Positions 37,126-47,612 of a stretch of DNA of 64,000 nt are shown here, one piece after another. The DNA is taken from contig OY764159.1 in NCBI GenBank assembly GCA_963668175.1, positions 192,001 to 256,000 of the forward strand, read 5' to 3'. The DNA is from Syntrophales bacterium (GTDB lineage Bacteria > Desulfobacterota > Syntrophia > Syntrophales > PHBD01). Under the pieces are notes generated by a model. The model was not told the DNA's origin. It ran no database searches and was given only the letters and a program-made list of their open reading frames with translations. The translations under genes were made by a program, and so were the position numbers. Every line of letters begins with the position of its first letter. Positions within the stretch are counted from its first letter, which is position 1.

Positions 37126-37824
37126 CCTCCAATTCTAATCCGCTTGCAAATCCGCAATATTACTTCACAAAAAACACGTACTCCCCGTCAATCAGCCGAT
37201 ACCGCATCCCGTTCATCTGGGCAAGTCGCCGGGCGTTCTCCCGCTTGTGGGAATGATTATATCCGACAGGGTATCTGGGGTTATCCGGCCGGCGACCGAG
37301 ACCGAATTGTGGAATACGGTGGACACAATCGCGAAATTAATCCGTATTTCCCATTTTAAAACAGGGAGCTTTATAATAATTGTCAATGACTCATCCCTGT
37401 TTTGCAACTATCCGAGCAATCTTTTTGCAATCTTTTTATTCTATATTGATACATAAAATCAGGCAATTAGACCGATACGATTATTTGTCAATGTTGCCGC
37501 CTGCGCAGGTCGTGTCCGGACCCTTTTTTAGATAACGGATACTATAGACAACGCCCGGAATATTCTGTCATTTTAGATTTTAGATCAATCGGTTGTGTAC
37601 TTGTCACCAAATTATGCAATGTATCTTGCAAGTTATTTTGAATCTTTTATGAAATTTTTCCGTAATTTTTCCCGGTGCCCCAGTCCTGGAGCCGGACGGC
37701 CCCCCGGCTGGATGAATTCCGAAGCCCCCCACCCCTCTTATCGACTTGACGGGGCAAAAAGGGGGGTAAGGGGTGTCAGGGCGACCAATTGAGGGGCTAG
37801 TGACGATCAGCTAACGGTGCTCAG

Positions 37825-38115
37825 TCAGCCTTTTCTCAATGCCATGAATGCGGGAAAACGGGAAGGATTGAGACTAATGAACTTGTTTAACCCCTCAAAA
37901 ACTCTGGCGATATCGGATATATCCATTACCTTGCTCAATTCGTACAATGCCGTCTCGTGTTTCTTCACAAGATTTATGCGCCTTACAAACACTTCGGGCG
38001 GTACGTCGGGCGGATTCCATGATTTATTTTCTTGTCCTTTCGCTGCTTCCATTTCCTTTGCCATTGCCATTCTCTTTGCTCCTTTCAGCATTTTGATATG
38101 TTGAGGATCATGCAC
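37825..38115 (-). CDS. Small hypothetical protein
   Basis: 96 aa ORF downstream of the HTH gene. Confidence 0.5.
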   Translation of the reverse strand: MHDPQHIKMLKGAKRMAMAKEMEAAKGQENKSWNPPDVPPEVFVRRINLVKKHETALYELSKVMDISDIARVFEGLNKFISLNPSRFPAFMALRKG

Positions 38116-38164
38116 GGCTACGCGCCCGGTTATGGCAAGCGGTCATGATCCTTCTGCGCTACTG

Positions 38165-38365
38165 TCACTGCCGTTTGAGGAAATCAATCAAATCGGCCTC
38201 GTCAATCAGGTATTGCTTACCGATACGCTTGGCCTTGAGCTTCCCATCCTTGATATACGTGCGGATGGTAACTTCGGTAAGGTTCAATTTCTGCGATATC
38301 TCCCGGACCGTCCACAGCTTTAAACTGCCCACTTCAATAGCCGTCATCGTATCCCCTCCCTTCAT
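38165..38365 (-). CDS. Excisionase-like HTH_17 DNA-binding protein
   Basis: TVREISQKLNLTEVTIRTYIKDGKLKAKRIGKQYLI; real start is probably MTAIEV, after GGAGG. Confidence 0.88.
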   Translation of the reverse strand: MKGGDTMTAIEVGSLKLWTVREISQKLNLTEVTIRTYIKDGKLKAKRIGKQYLIDEADLIDFLKRQ

Positions 38366-38547
38366 TCAGACTTTTGCACTATGGTGCAAAGCTTCTTCAT
38401 TAATTCCCCCAGGGGGGAAAAGTACCGTCTGCCGTATAATTTGCCGTATCAGATGTGCGCAATTGCGCACAAATCGAAGCCCTATCTTGTATATCCGGTA
38501 TCCTGCCGCGCCCTTTGAGCATGTCTTGTCGTTCTGAATCCGGTCGT

Positions 38548-39234
38548 TTAATGAACAGCTGTAGGGCTGAATTGCTTGCTGTAACTGGCTTTCAGGGTTC
38601 TTAGGTCCGTGTTGATCGCCTTGTGAACATACCCCAGGGATAGCCCCAGGCCCCGTGATATCTCCCGGTAAGTTTTCCCCTCTGCGTGAAGCCGTTTCGC
38701 CTTCTTGATGGCCTTCATTTGGTCGGGCTCTTCCACCAATTTCCCGTCCTCAATCTTGAAGCCGTAGGGGATGTGTCCGCACCATTGCCCCTGACTCTTC
38801 TTATGGGCCAGCGCGTCACGGGTCCGCTCTGCTATCAAGTCCCGCTCCATTTGGGCAAGGGCCGACAGGATTGTAAGAAAGAACTTGCCGGTCGCGCTCT
38901 TCGTGTCGATTCGTTCATTGATGCTGTGGAAGGCTATTCCCTGCTTTTCAAGCCGATCTATGATGTTCAGCGTATCGACGGTGTTCCGGGAGAGGCGGTC
39001 AAGTTTGTAGACGATGACGGATTCGGCTTGGCCCTCATCAAGCAATTTGAGCAAACGAGTCAGGCCTTCACGGTTAAGGGTTTTGGCAGAACGCCCTTCA
39101 TCCCGGATTATCTCCACGAGGGATAGGTTGTTCAGGTCGGCATATGCCTTTATCTTCGCTTCCTGGTTGTCCAAGGAAACGCCCTCGCGGCTTTGCTCTT
39201 CCGTGGAAACTCTTATGTAGCCTATGGTCTTCAT
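38548..39234 (-). CDS. Serine recombinase (resolvase family)
   Basis: GYIRVSTEEQ (catalytic Ser), SAKTLNREGL, VYKLDRLSRN, ERDLIAERT and PYGF motifs. Confidence 0.93.
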   Translation of the reverse strand: MKTIGYIRVSTEEQSREGVSLDNQEAKIKAYADLNNLSLVEIIRDEGRSAKTLNREGLTRLLKLLDEGQAESVIVYKLDRLSRNTVDTLNIIDRLEKQGIAFHSINERIDTKSATGKFFLTILSALAQMERDLIAERTRDALAHKKSQGQWCGHIPYGFKIEDGKLVEEPDQMKAIKKAKRLHAEGKTYREISRGLGLSLGYVHKAINTDLRTLKASYSKQFSPTAVH

Positions 39235-39549
39235 ATTTTCGCCTTTCTGGCTTTATCTGTCATTACGGTGGTGATTTTGGATTGTGTTGGTCAATTCTAT
39301 GAAAAACAATATGACACATACAATTGACTTTGTCAATATATTATTTGACTATATTTGATTGTATATAGCTGTATTATTTTATTTGTAAGATGAAGGGTCG
39401 AAACCGAATAATGTTTGGATGACAATTATGAAATAATGCATTGATAATCGTATGAAAATATTGTAGTCAAATCCTTACCAATCTGTGAAAATCTTTCCAA
39501 TTATTATAAATCGTTCCCTTCTTAAAAGAGAAAATCTTTGGAGGTAAAT

Positions 39550-39891
39550 ATGAAACGCGGCATTTTGATCAAAGATACCAGCGCGTTCTTAATCATCATG
39601 ATAATAACGATTGTAATAATCGGACTGATGCTGGCTTGTGCCAGCGGGCCTCAAACCAGAACGGTATGGTCTAGACCTAATGCTACGCAAAATGAGTTTG
39701 CCAAAGATAAATATGATTGTATGCAACAATCACAGCAAAGGCGATCTGCTTCAACAGGTGCATGGTGCTACGGTTATTATTGCGATCCTGGCGGTTCCTA
39801 TAGCACAGTTGTAACGAATCCCGATCTCTTTAATGCCTGCATGGAAGCACGCGGATGGAGTTCTCGTAAAGAGAAGATACAGACGGATTAA
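39550..39891 (+). CDS. Small Cys-containing lipoprotein
   Basis: Lipobox MLAC; W.RPNAT...F.KD.YDC and FNACMEARGW motifs; GGAGG RBS. Confidence 0.7.
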   Translation: MKRGILIKDTSAFLIIMIITIVIIGLMLACASGPQTRTVWSRPNATQNEFAKDKYDCMQQSQQRRSASTGAWCYGYYCDPGGSYSTVVTNPDLFNACMEARGWSSRKEKIQTD

Positions 39892-39912
39892 GGGGCAGAT
39901 ATCGACTTCCTC

Positions 39913-40467
39913 TTGACATTACTGAACAAATTCATTTTCCACTGGACACCTTCAAAATCCCTCTGGGTTGGAGGATACACCTTACTGTGGGATGCCCGTT
40001 GTTCCGGCATTTACATAGGATTCGGCATTAGTGTTATATATCATATTTTTAACAATCGCCGCACATCGGCCATTCCGCCAGCACCTATCATCTTTTTTAA
40101 CGCCTTGATGTTTGCCGCTCTTCCCGTAGATGTGTTCACCATAATATACGGATTGCGGGAACCATCAAATGACATTAGATTTTTCACCGGACTGCTTTTC
40201 GGGTCTTCTGTTTGCGTTTTCTTATACCCCGCCTTTGTCGCTTTAACCCTCAATAATACTCAACCGGTGTCTGCTCTTCCCTCGGCCCGAATTGCGCTTT
40301 TGCATTATCTAATCGTTGCATTGGCTGCAATTATGCTAAAATGGGATACTATATTTTCCTATCTGCTCCTTTGGACATTCTCGATGTTCGGGTTTCTCGG
40401 TATGCTCCTCATGATCGGCATAGGGTTGTGGAAACTCATTTGGAAAGTGCTCAAAAGGGATTGTTAA
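39913..40467 (+). CDS. DUF2085-like membrane protein
   Basis: ARCSGIYIG and SNDIRFFTGLLFG motifs; several TM helices. Confidence 0.7.
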   Translation: MTLLNKFIFHWTPSKSLWVGGYTLLWDARCSGIYIGFGISVIYHIFNNRRTSAIPPAPIIFFNALMFAALPVDVFTIIYGLREPSNDIRFFTGLLFGSSVCVFLYPAFVALTLNNTQPVSALPSARIALLHYLIVALAAIMLKWDTIFSYLLLWTFSMFGFLGMLLMIGIGLWKLIWKVLKRDC

Positions 40468-40478
40468 CCAAATAATGC

Positions 40479-40508
40479 CGGGCAGTCCGGGCAGTTTTCG
40501 GGCAGTTT
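40479..40508. repeat. Putative integrase arm-type sites, right end
   Basis: Three CGGGCAGT units; 40488..40508 is identical to 27846..27866. Confidence 0.8.
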
Positions 40509-40544
40509 CAATATGGAATATTATTCAATGATTTCAATATAAAA

Positions 40545-40642
40545 TGGCGGAAGTGCATGGGAATCGAACCCACCTGGGACGGTTTTAGCGCCCCACACCG
40601 GATTTGAAGTCCGGGAGGCCCACCAGTGACCTTGGCACTTCC
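40545..40642 (-). tRNA. selC: tRNA-Sec (TCA)
   Basis: 98 nt GGAAGTGC...GCACTTCCGCCA with an 8 bp acceptor stem, anticodon arm CCGGA-CTTCAAA-TCCGG and a long variable arm. Confidence 0.96.
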
Positions 40643-40878
40643 TCTGGACAACAGACGTATGCCCTGCCTGCGTTAGCTATTTTCCTGTTACGGAATCCTT
40701 TCGGGCCGCCTTGTACCGCCGCCCGGCGGTATTCCTTATACCGTTTCTTCCCCCGTCGTGCAACATTTTTCCGTGTATTCGACGTCTTGCATATAAAGGC
40801 CCATACCCTTTGGGCCTTCTATAAATCAGCCCCGGTCACGCCCGATGTTCTATTCCTTCAAACGACATTGACCGTCCC

Positions 40879-42009
40879 TCACGTTCGTGCCCTCAGGAAG
40901 GCTCCAAGAGAAAGGACGGAAAGAGCGGCGATGACAATGCTGAGGACGAAAAAATTGGAATACGCCATGACGGATGTGGCCATGAGCGGCCCCAGGGCAT
41001 TGCCGATGAATCGGGCGGAATTAAGGAACCCGAGCATGCCGCCGCTGGCCTCCCCGGCAAACGAGGAAAGAACCAAGGGGAAGACGGCCGCGATGAATGC
41101 GGTTTGCATCATTCTCACGAAAGTGAAGCTCAACACATCAGGGGCAAAACTCATGACCACCTGCAGCAGGGCCGTTATCAGGCAGGCCCATTTGATCAGC
41201 CGGATGAATCCGATTTTAACCGCAATTTTTCCAAAGATATGGTTCCCCAAGACGGATGTAGCCGTATAGGCCATCATGATCGTGCCTGCGTAATTGATTG
41301 CCACGGCATCCGTAAGATGGAAATCCCTGAGGATATTGGGAAGAATGCTGGGCAGGAAAGTGAGATTCACCATGGCGACGATGCTTAACCACCAACCCCA
41401 GATCATGCCGCCGTTCAGGGAGAGCGGCGCCTCCTTTTCATCCTTTGAGGCCGGTGTATCTTTGACGTACATGTAGCAAAAAATGGAAGAAACCAGGGCC
41501 ACGAAGAAAGCGAAGATAAAGGGGGCATGATAGCCGAAAAGGGTCACGGCATAGGCACCCAACGGAGGGCCTATAAGTTGACCGACCGTCATGGCGTTTT
41601 GAAACAGGCTGATGTGTTCGGGAATGCGTTCTTTCTCGGACGAGGAAGCAATGATGATAAGACCGATCGTCGAGACACCCCCCAGTCCGCCCTGAATGAT
41701 CCGTAAAAGCAGCATGACATGCAAACTGGACGTGAAGCCCATGCACAGGAAAATGATGCCGTTGCAGACGATACCCCGCAAAAAAAGCATCTTCGCGCTG
41801 AAGCGAGACGTTAGACTTCCCCATAAAGGGGCCGTTACCGCTGAAATCAGCGATGTCGCTCCCACGATGATGCCTATCCAAATCATGGTTTGCTGATGAT
41901 CGTAAGGACTGATCTTGATGATATAGAAAGGCATAAAGGACATGATACAGTTGAAGGAAAAGGCAATGCCGAACTGGGAAACGGCGAGAAAGAAAATGCC
42001 CTTATCCAT
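40879..42009 (-). CDS. MFS transporter (MdtG/DHA1-like)
   Basis: About 12 TM helices; APLWGSL, LRIIQG and GQLIGPPLG motifs. Confidence 0.88.
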   Translation of the reverse strand: MDKGIFFLAVSQFGIAFSFNCIMSFMPFYIIKISPYDHQQTMIWIGIIVGATSLISAVTAPLWGSLTSRFSAKMLFLRGIVCNGIIFLCMGFTSSLHVMLLLRIIQGGLGGVSTIGLIIIASSSEKERIPEHISLFQNAMTVGQLIGPPLGAYAVTLFGYHAPFIFAFFVALVSSIFCYMYVKDTPASKDEKEAPLSLNGGMIWGWWLSIVAMVNLTFLPSILPNILRDFHLTDAVAINYAGTIMMAYTATSVLGNHIFGKIAVKIGFIRLIKWACLITALLQVVMSFAPDVLSFTFVRMMQTAFIAAVFPLVLSSFAGEASGGMLGFLNSARFIGNALGPLMATSVMAYSNFFVLSIVIAALSVLSLGAFLRART

Positions 42010-42124
42010 TCTCTTCACGAGAGAAAGATGCCTTACCGTACCTGGGGACATATCTGTCTATTGACCGAGGAGGCTATTTACATCTGTCGCAGTCGCGGCT
42101 TCGGGAATCCATGCTGGCGATGAA

Positions 42125-42160
42125 ATAAAAAAGGGTTAACCCGCAATCGGTTAACCCCTT
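42125..42160 (-). terminator. Intrinsic terminator of tRNA-Phe
   Basis: GGGTTAACC...GGTTAACCC followed by a T-run on the minus strand. Confidence 0.75.
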
Positions 42161-42168
42161 GATATTCA

Positions 42169-42244
42169 TGGTGGGCCAGGGCAGAATTGAACTGCCGACA
42201 CTCGGATTTTCAGTCCGATGCTCTACCGACTGAGCTACCGGCCC
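42169..42244 (-). tRNA. tRNA-Phe (GAA)
   Basis: 76 nt GGGCCGGTAGCTCAG...GGCCCACCA; anticodon arm TCGGA-CTGAAAA-TCCGA. Confidence 0.97.
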
Positions 42245-42410
42245 CTCTTGGCTGCATGCGTGTCCTCCCATCGCAACCGGAACGCATATCTATGCAATGG
42301 GGCTGTTTTTGTCAAGGGATTTTTGACGGCCGATTTTTACGGTACTGACGCCCGTTCTCCTCCCTCAATCTACGGCAGATTTATTCGCTCTCCCCCGTAT
42401 TCGCTCCTTT

Positions 42411-42947
42411 TCAACTTCCGTGGGCTTCCACGGCCGACGCATCCCATTCATCCCGGCTCGTCGTTGTCGTCCTTTCACAGTCGGCGGCGTAGGCAACCCT
42501 TACAACCATCGTTCCGGCGATGTAATCGTGCCAGCCCCTCTTGCGCCGGTCTACGCCGATCCAGAGAAATCCTAACCATAGAAACAGCTTGGAAACAACA
42601 TATCCGGTCCAGCGCAGAAAGGCGACGCCGTAGGTCATCAGCTCGCCGTCCACCCGGATCACCTGAATTCCCAGAAGCATTTTACCCGGCGTCTGGCCGG
42701 TATTGCCGTGGAAATAGGTGAAATAAAGCATATTGAGGAAGATCAATGCAAGGTAATAGATCAGCAGACATAGAGGGGCAAGCTGCTTCATGTGCTGCAT
42801 CAACGCACGCCCCCCGACAGGAGAACCCAGAACAAAGGCGATCCATCCGGAGAAGAGGAGAATAAGCGACACGCAACCAAGAAGCATGAAGTCGACAAAA
42901 AAGGCTGTCAACCGGCACCAGAACCCGGCGTAACGATAATCCGTCAT
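42411..42947 (-). CDS. RDD family membrane protein
   Basis: YAGFWCRL.AF.VD, GQTPGKMLLGI and RGWHDYIAGT motifs. Confidence 0.92.
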   Translation of the reverse strand: MTDYRYAGFWCRLTAFFVDFMLLGCVSLILLFSGWIAFVLGSPVGGRALMQHMKQLAPLCLLIYYLALIFLNMLYFTYFHGNTGQTPGKMLLGIQVIRVDGELMTYGVAFLRWTGYVVSKLFLWLGFLWIGVDRRKRGWHDYIAGTMVVRVAYAADCERTTTTSRDEWDASAVEAHGS

Positions 42948-43734
42948 GATTGTTCCCCGCTCTCCCCGGATATTTCCGGAATACCGCCGATACCGCCCGT
43001 CTCGTACTGGATGATGGAGATAATAGCTACCGCCGCCGTCTCAACTTTGAGGACGCGCCGGCCGAGACTCGCCGGACGGAAACCCGCCGCCACGGCCCTT
43101 TCGACCTCTTCCACCGCAAAACCGCCTTCCGGCCCTATGACAATAAAAATAAGCCTGTGCGCCCCGGACTTGACCTCGTCGGGAAAGACCTGGTGCAGGC
43201 CGGTTTTGGTCTCCTCTTCCCAGAAGATGATGCGCTCGTCCGCCGTTTTCCCCAAAGCGAGCATTTCGGGAAAGCCGACAACATCGTGGACTTCCGGAAC
43301 ATCGGCACGGCCGCATTGCCGGGCCGCTTCCGCCGCGATCTTCCTCCAGCGGACGGTTTTCTGCGCCGCCCTTTCCGTTCCCGGCCTGGAAACCGAACGC
43401 GCTGAGAGAAATGGAATAATGCGGTCGATGCCCAACTCCGTAGCCTTCTGGATGATAAATTCCATTTTGCCGGCCTTGGGAACGGATTGGCAAAGGACTA
43501 TTCTGGCGCCGTCATCCCCGGGAAGCCGCCGCTTGGATATGATCCGGACATCCATTCCGGCCGGCGATACGTGCTCTATGACGCCTTCGTATTCGTTTCC
43601 GCAGCCGTCGAAAAGCGCAAGGCCATCCCCCATTTTCATCCGCAGAACGTCCTGAAGATAGTGGCGGCGGTCCTCCGCCAGCCGGTCCGTATCTCCGGGT
43701 TCCATGATGGCGGGATGGTAGATGCGGGGACGAC

Positions 43735-43738
<4 letters not shown>
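42944..43738 (-). CDS. rsmE: 16S rRNA m3U1498 methyltransferase
   Basis: QKATELG, EAARQCGR, IGPEGGF and SLGRRVLKVETA motifs. Confidence 0.95.
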
Positions 43739-44688
<950 letters not shown>

Positions 44689-44815
44689 AGAACAACTCCT
44701 TTGGTTTAATACCTGTTCTTATTTATATAACCTCTTTCCCATTACATTTCAAGCGACTTGAATTTTCAAAGTCTTCGTGATAGTTTAGAAATTCAATAAT
44801 ACACGGCGGTTTCCC

Positions 44816-45490
44816 ATGGACCAGTCAAATTCGGCACCCTACTATCCTGTCTCCCTCGACCTCAGGAACAGGCCGTGCATCGTCATCGGCGGCGGCAACG
44901 TCGCCGTCCGCAAGGTCTTGCGTCTTATGGCATGCGGGGCGCAAGTGACGGTGGTGGGACGCAATCTCGGCGACGACATGTCCGCCCTCGTTGCCGACGG
45001 GAGGATCAGGCACATCAACGCCGATTACCATCGGTCCCAGATAGAGGGTGCGTTCCTGGTGATCGGCGCGACCGACCGGGACGAGGTCAACGGCCTTATT
45101 TCACGAGATGCCCGCGATTTGCACGTTATGGTCAACATCGTCGACGATCCTGAGCGTTGCGACTTTATCTTGCCCTCGATACTTACCCGGGGCAGCCTGT
45201 CCATCGCCGTGTCGACAGGAGGGGAAAGCCCCGCCCTCGCAAAAAAGATACGTCGGGAACTGGAGGGCCAGTTCGGACCCGAATATGCTGAACTTCTCCG
45301 CATCATGGGAAGACTCCGGGAATCGATCCTGGCGGACAACCGGCCGTCAGACGAAAACAAGGTATTTTTTGAGGCCGTGATTCAATCGGATATCCTTAAC
45401 GCTGTCCGCGCCAAGGACGTGACCCGTATCCATAAAATCATCAAGGAAAAGACGGGGAAAGATATTCCCATCGCTATAACATGGACATAA
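44816..45490 (+). CDS. sirC: Precorrin-2 dehydrogenase / sirohydrochlorin ferrochelatase
   Basis: IGGGNVAVRK, VNIVDDPERCDF and STGGESPALA motifs. Confidence 0.9.
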   Translation: MDQSNSAPYYPVSLDLRNRPCIVIGGGNVAVRKVLRLMACGAQVTVVGRNLGDDMSALVADGRIRHINADYHRSQIEGAFLVIGATDRDEVNGLISRDARDLHVMVNIVDDPERCDFILPSILTRGSLSIAVSTGGESPALAKKIRRELEGQFGPEYAELLRIMGRLRESILADNRPSDENKVFFEAVIQSDILNAVRAKDVTRIHKIIKEKTGKDIPIAITWT

Positions 45491-46302
45491 CACTTTTTAA
45501 ACTGGCCCTTGTCGCCTACCTGGCAAGCACGCTGAGCTATATCGCCTCGCTTTCCCTGAAGCGCGTTGCCACAGCGAAAATCGCTACAGGGGCGATCTTT
45601 GCGGCCTTCGTCATCCACACGCTATCCTTGATCGCCCGCTGGATAGAGACGGGCCGCGTTCCCGTGATCGGCCTCTACGAAACCCTCTCCCTGTTCGCCT
45701 GGGTCATGACCGCCGCCTATCTGGCCTTCCAGATCAAGACCAAGACCCGGGTCCTGGGGGCTTTTGTCTCTCCCGTGGCCTTTATCCTCGTGCTCGTCGC
45801 CTCGGTGCGCCTGGGTGGCGAAGTCGCTATGCCGCCTGTCCTCCAGGGTAGCATGGTGGCCGCCCACGTAATCCTGTCCGTAGCCGGCGAGGCGCTTTTT
45901 GCCGTCGCCTCCTGTGCCGGGCTTATGTACATGATTCAGGACGGCCTGCTGAAAAAAAAGAAAGCCGCGGGATTCATCCGCTTTCTCCCGTCATTGAAAG
46001 ACCTGGATAACGTCAATCATCTATGCCTCCTGTGGGGATTCCCTCTGCTGACCCTCGGCATCGTCGCCGGCTCCATCTGGGCAAGGACCGCCTGGGGAAC
46101 GCACTGGCAATGGGACCCAAAGCAGGTGTGGACGCTGGCGGTCTGGTTCTCCTATGCCTTCCTGCTGCACCAACGGCTCGCCATCGGCTGGCGGGGCCAT
46201 AGGGCTGCGGTGCTGTCATGCTCGGCACTTGTCATTCTTCTTTTCCTCTTCGCCGTGGAGAAGACGTTTTTTACAACGATCCATCGCTTCTATTGGTTAT
46301 GA
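45481..46302 (+). CDS. ccsA: Cytochrome c assembly protein (CcsA/HemX-like)
   Basis: GSIWARTAWG.HWQWDPKQ (WWD-type motif); multiple TM helices. Confidence 0.85.
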   Translation: MDITLFKLALVAYLASTLSYIASLSLKRVATAKIATGAIFAAFVIHTLSLIARWIETGRVPVIGLYETLSLFAWVMTAAYLAFQIKTKTRVLGAFVSPVAFILVLVASVRLGGEVAMPPVLQGSMVAAHVILSVAGEALFAVASCAGLMYMIQDGLLKKKKAAGFIRFLPSLKDLDNVNHLCLLWGFPLLTLGIVAGSIWARTAWGTHWQWDPKQVWTLAVWFSYAFLLHQRLAIGWRGHRAAVLSCSALVILLFLFAVEKTFFTTIHRFYWL

Positions 46303-47570
46303 ATATCCTTCTTGTCGGCATGAACCACAAAACGGCTCCCCTGGAGATCAGGGAGCGGCTCACCCTGTCCTGCAGCGACGGGCCCGGCCCTCTGATAGAG
46401 ATCAAATGCATCCCTCATATTACCGAAGCGCTCTATCTTTCCACCTGTAACCGTGTGGAAGTCCTGGCGGTCACGGAGAACAGCGAAGAAGCCGAACAAA
46501 GCCTCAAACACTTCGTCTTCAACCACGGCAACTTGTCACAGGAAGAGATGCAGGCATGTCTTTACATTTACCGGGACCGCGAGGCGGTCCGCCATCTTTT
46601 CCGGGTAGCTTCGAGCCTCGATTCGCTCGTGATGGGGGAACCGCAGATCCTCGGCCAGGTGAAAGACGCCTATCGCCTGTCGGTAACACACGGGGCCGCG
46701 AGCCTGATGTTGAACAAAATCCTGCATCATACCTTCAAGGTCGCCAAACGGGTGCGCACCGAGACGGGGATTGCCGCGAATGCGGCATCCGTCAGCTACG
46801 CGGCCGTGGAATTGGCCAAGAAGATATTCGGCGCGCTGAAAGGAAAGACCATCCTGCTTATCGGCGCCGGAGAGATGTCGGAACTGGCCGCCCGCCACCT
46901 GATCGGCAACGGGGCGGAACGTCTGTTGATCGCAAACAGAACGTATGCGCGGGCTGAAGCGTTAGCCACAGCCTTCGGAGGCGAACCCATCTCCTTTGAA
47001 TCGATCGGCGAAAAAATCCGGGGAGTGGATATCGTCATCAGTTCGACAGGGGCCACAGGCTTCGTTCTCACCGCCGATATGGTCACGGCCGCCCTGAAAA
47101 GACGAAAGAATCGTCTCTTGTTTCTGATCGACATCGCCGTCCCCCGCGATATCGATCCCGCGGCGGGCCGGATTGAAAACGTCTACCTTTACAATATCGA
47201 CGACCTCCAGGCGATTGTCGACGAAAACATGCAGAACAGGAAGAAGGAGGCGGAAAAGGCCGAGGCCGTCATAGCCGAAGAAGTCGACCGACACGTGGAT
47301 TGGCTCAATAGCCTGGAAGTCGTCCCCACCATTGTTTCCCTCCGGAAAAAGCTGGAAGGCATCGTCAAACTGGAACTGGAACGGTCCGGCACATGGTTCA
47401 GGAACTTGAGCGAGGACGACCGGAAGAACATCGAGATTCTCGCCAACTCCATCGTGAACAAGATCCTTCACGAACCTACCGTAGGGCTCAAGGAGGAAAG
47501 CCGTGACCGCACGGAGAAACAGTATGTCGCCGCCGTGAGGAGACTTTTCGGCCTGGACGAAACATCGTAA
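46299..47570 (+). CDS. hemA: Glutamyl-tRNA reductase
   Basis: NHKTAP, LSTCNRVE, SLDS.VMGEPQILGQ, GAGEM and DIAVPRD motifs. Confidence 0.97.
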   Translation: MNILLVGMNHKTAPLEIRERLTLSCSDGPGPLIEIKCIPHITEALYLSTCNRVEVLAVTENSEEAEQSLKHFVFNHGNLSQEEMQACLYIYRDREAVRHLFRVASSLDSLVMGEPQILGQVKDAYRLSVTHGAASLMLNKILHHTFKVAKRVRTETGIAANAASVSYAAVELAKKIFGALKGKTILLIGAGEMSELAARHLIGNGAERLLIANRTYARAEALATAFGGEPISFESIGEKIRGVDIVISSTGATGFVLTADMVTAALKRRKNRLLFLIDIAVPRDIDPAAGRIENVYLYNIDDLQAIVDENMQNRKKEAEKAEAVIAEEVDRHVDWLNSLEVVPTIVSLRKKLEGIVKLELERSGTWFRNLSEDDRKNIEILANSIVNKILHEPTVGLKEESRDRTEKQYVAAVRRLFGLDETS

Positions 47571-47612
47571 ACGGCCGGGACATGCAAAAAAGCATGGCGC
47601 TTCTTCTCATAA

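Larger units (their letters stand above)
27759..40571. mobile_element. About 12.8 kb integrative element (satellite-like island) inserted in the 3' end of tRNA-Sec
   Basis: 30 bp direct repeat at both ends, integrase at one end, Rep-like helicase, excisionase-like HTH, serine recombinase, visibly more AT-rich than the flanks. Confidence 0.93.

Noticed and set aside
27759..40571. Complete prophage or conjugative ICE
   Set aside because: No recognisable capsid, portal, terminase, tail, lysis, relaxase or T4SS genes.
40604..41269. 221 aa plus-strand ORF
   Set aside because: It overlaps tRNA-Sec and runs antisense to the MFS gene.
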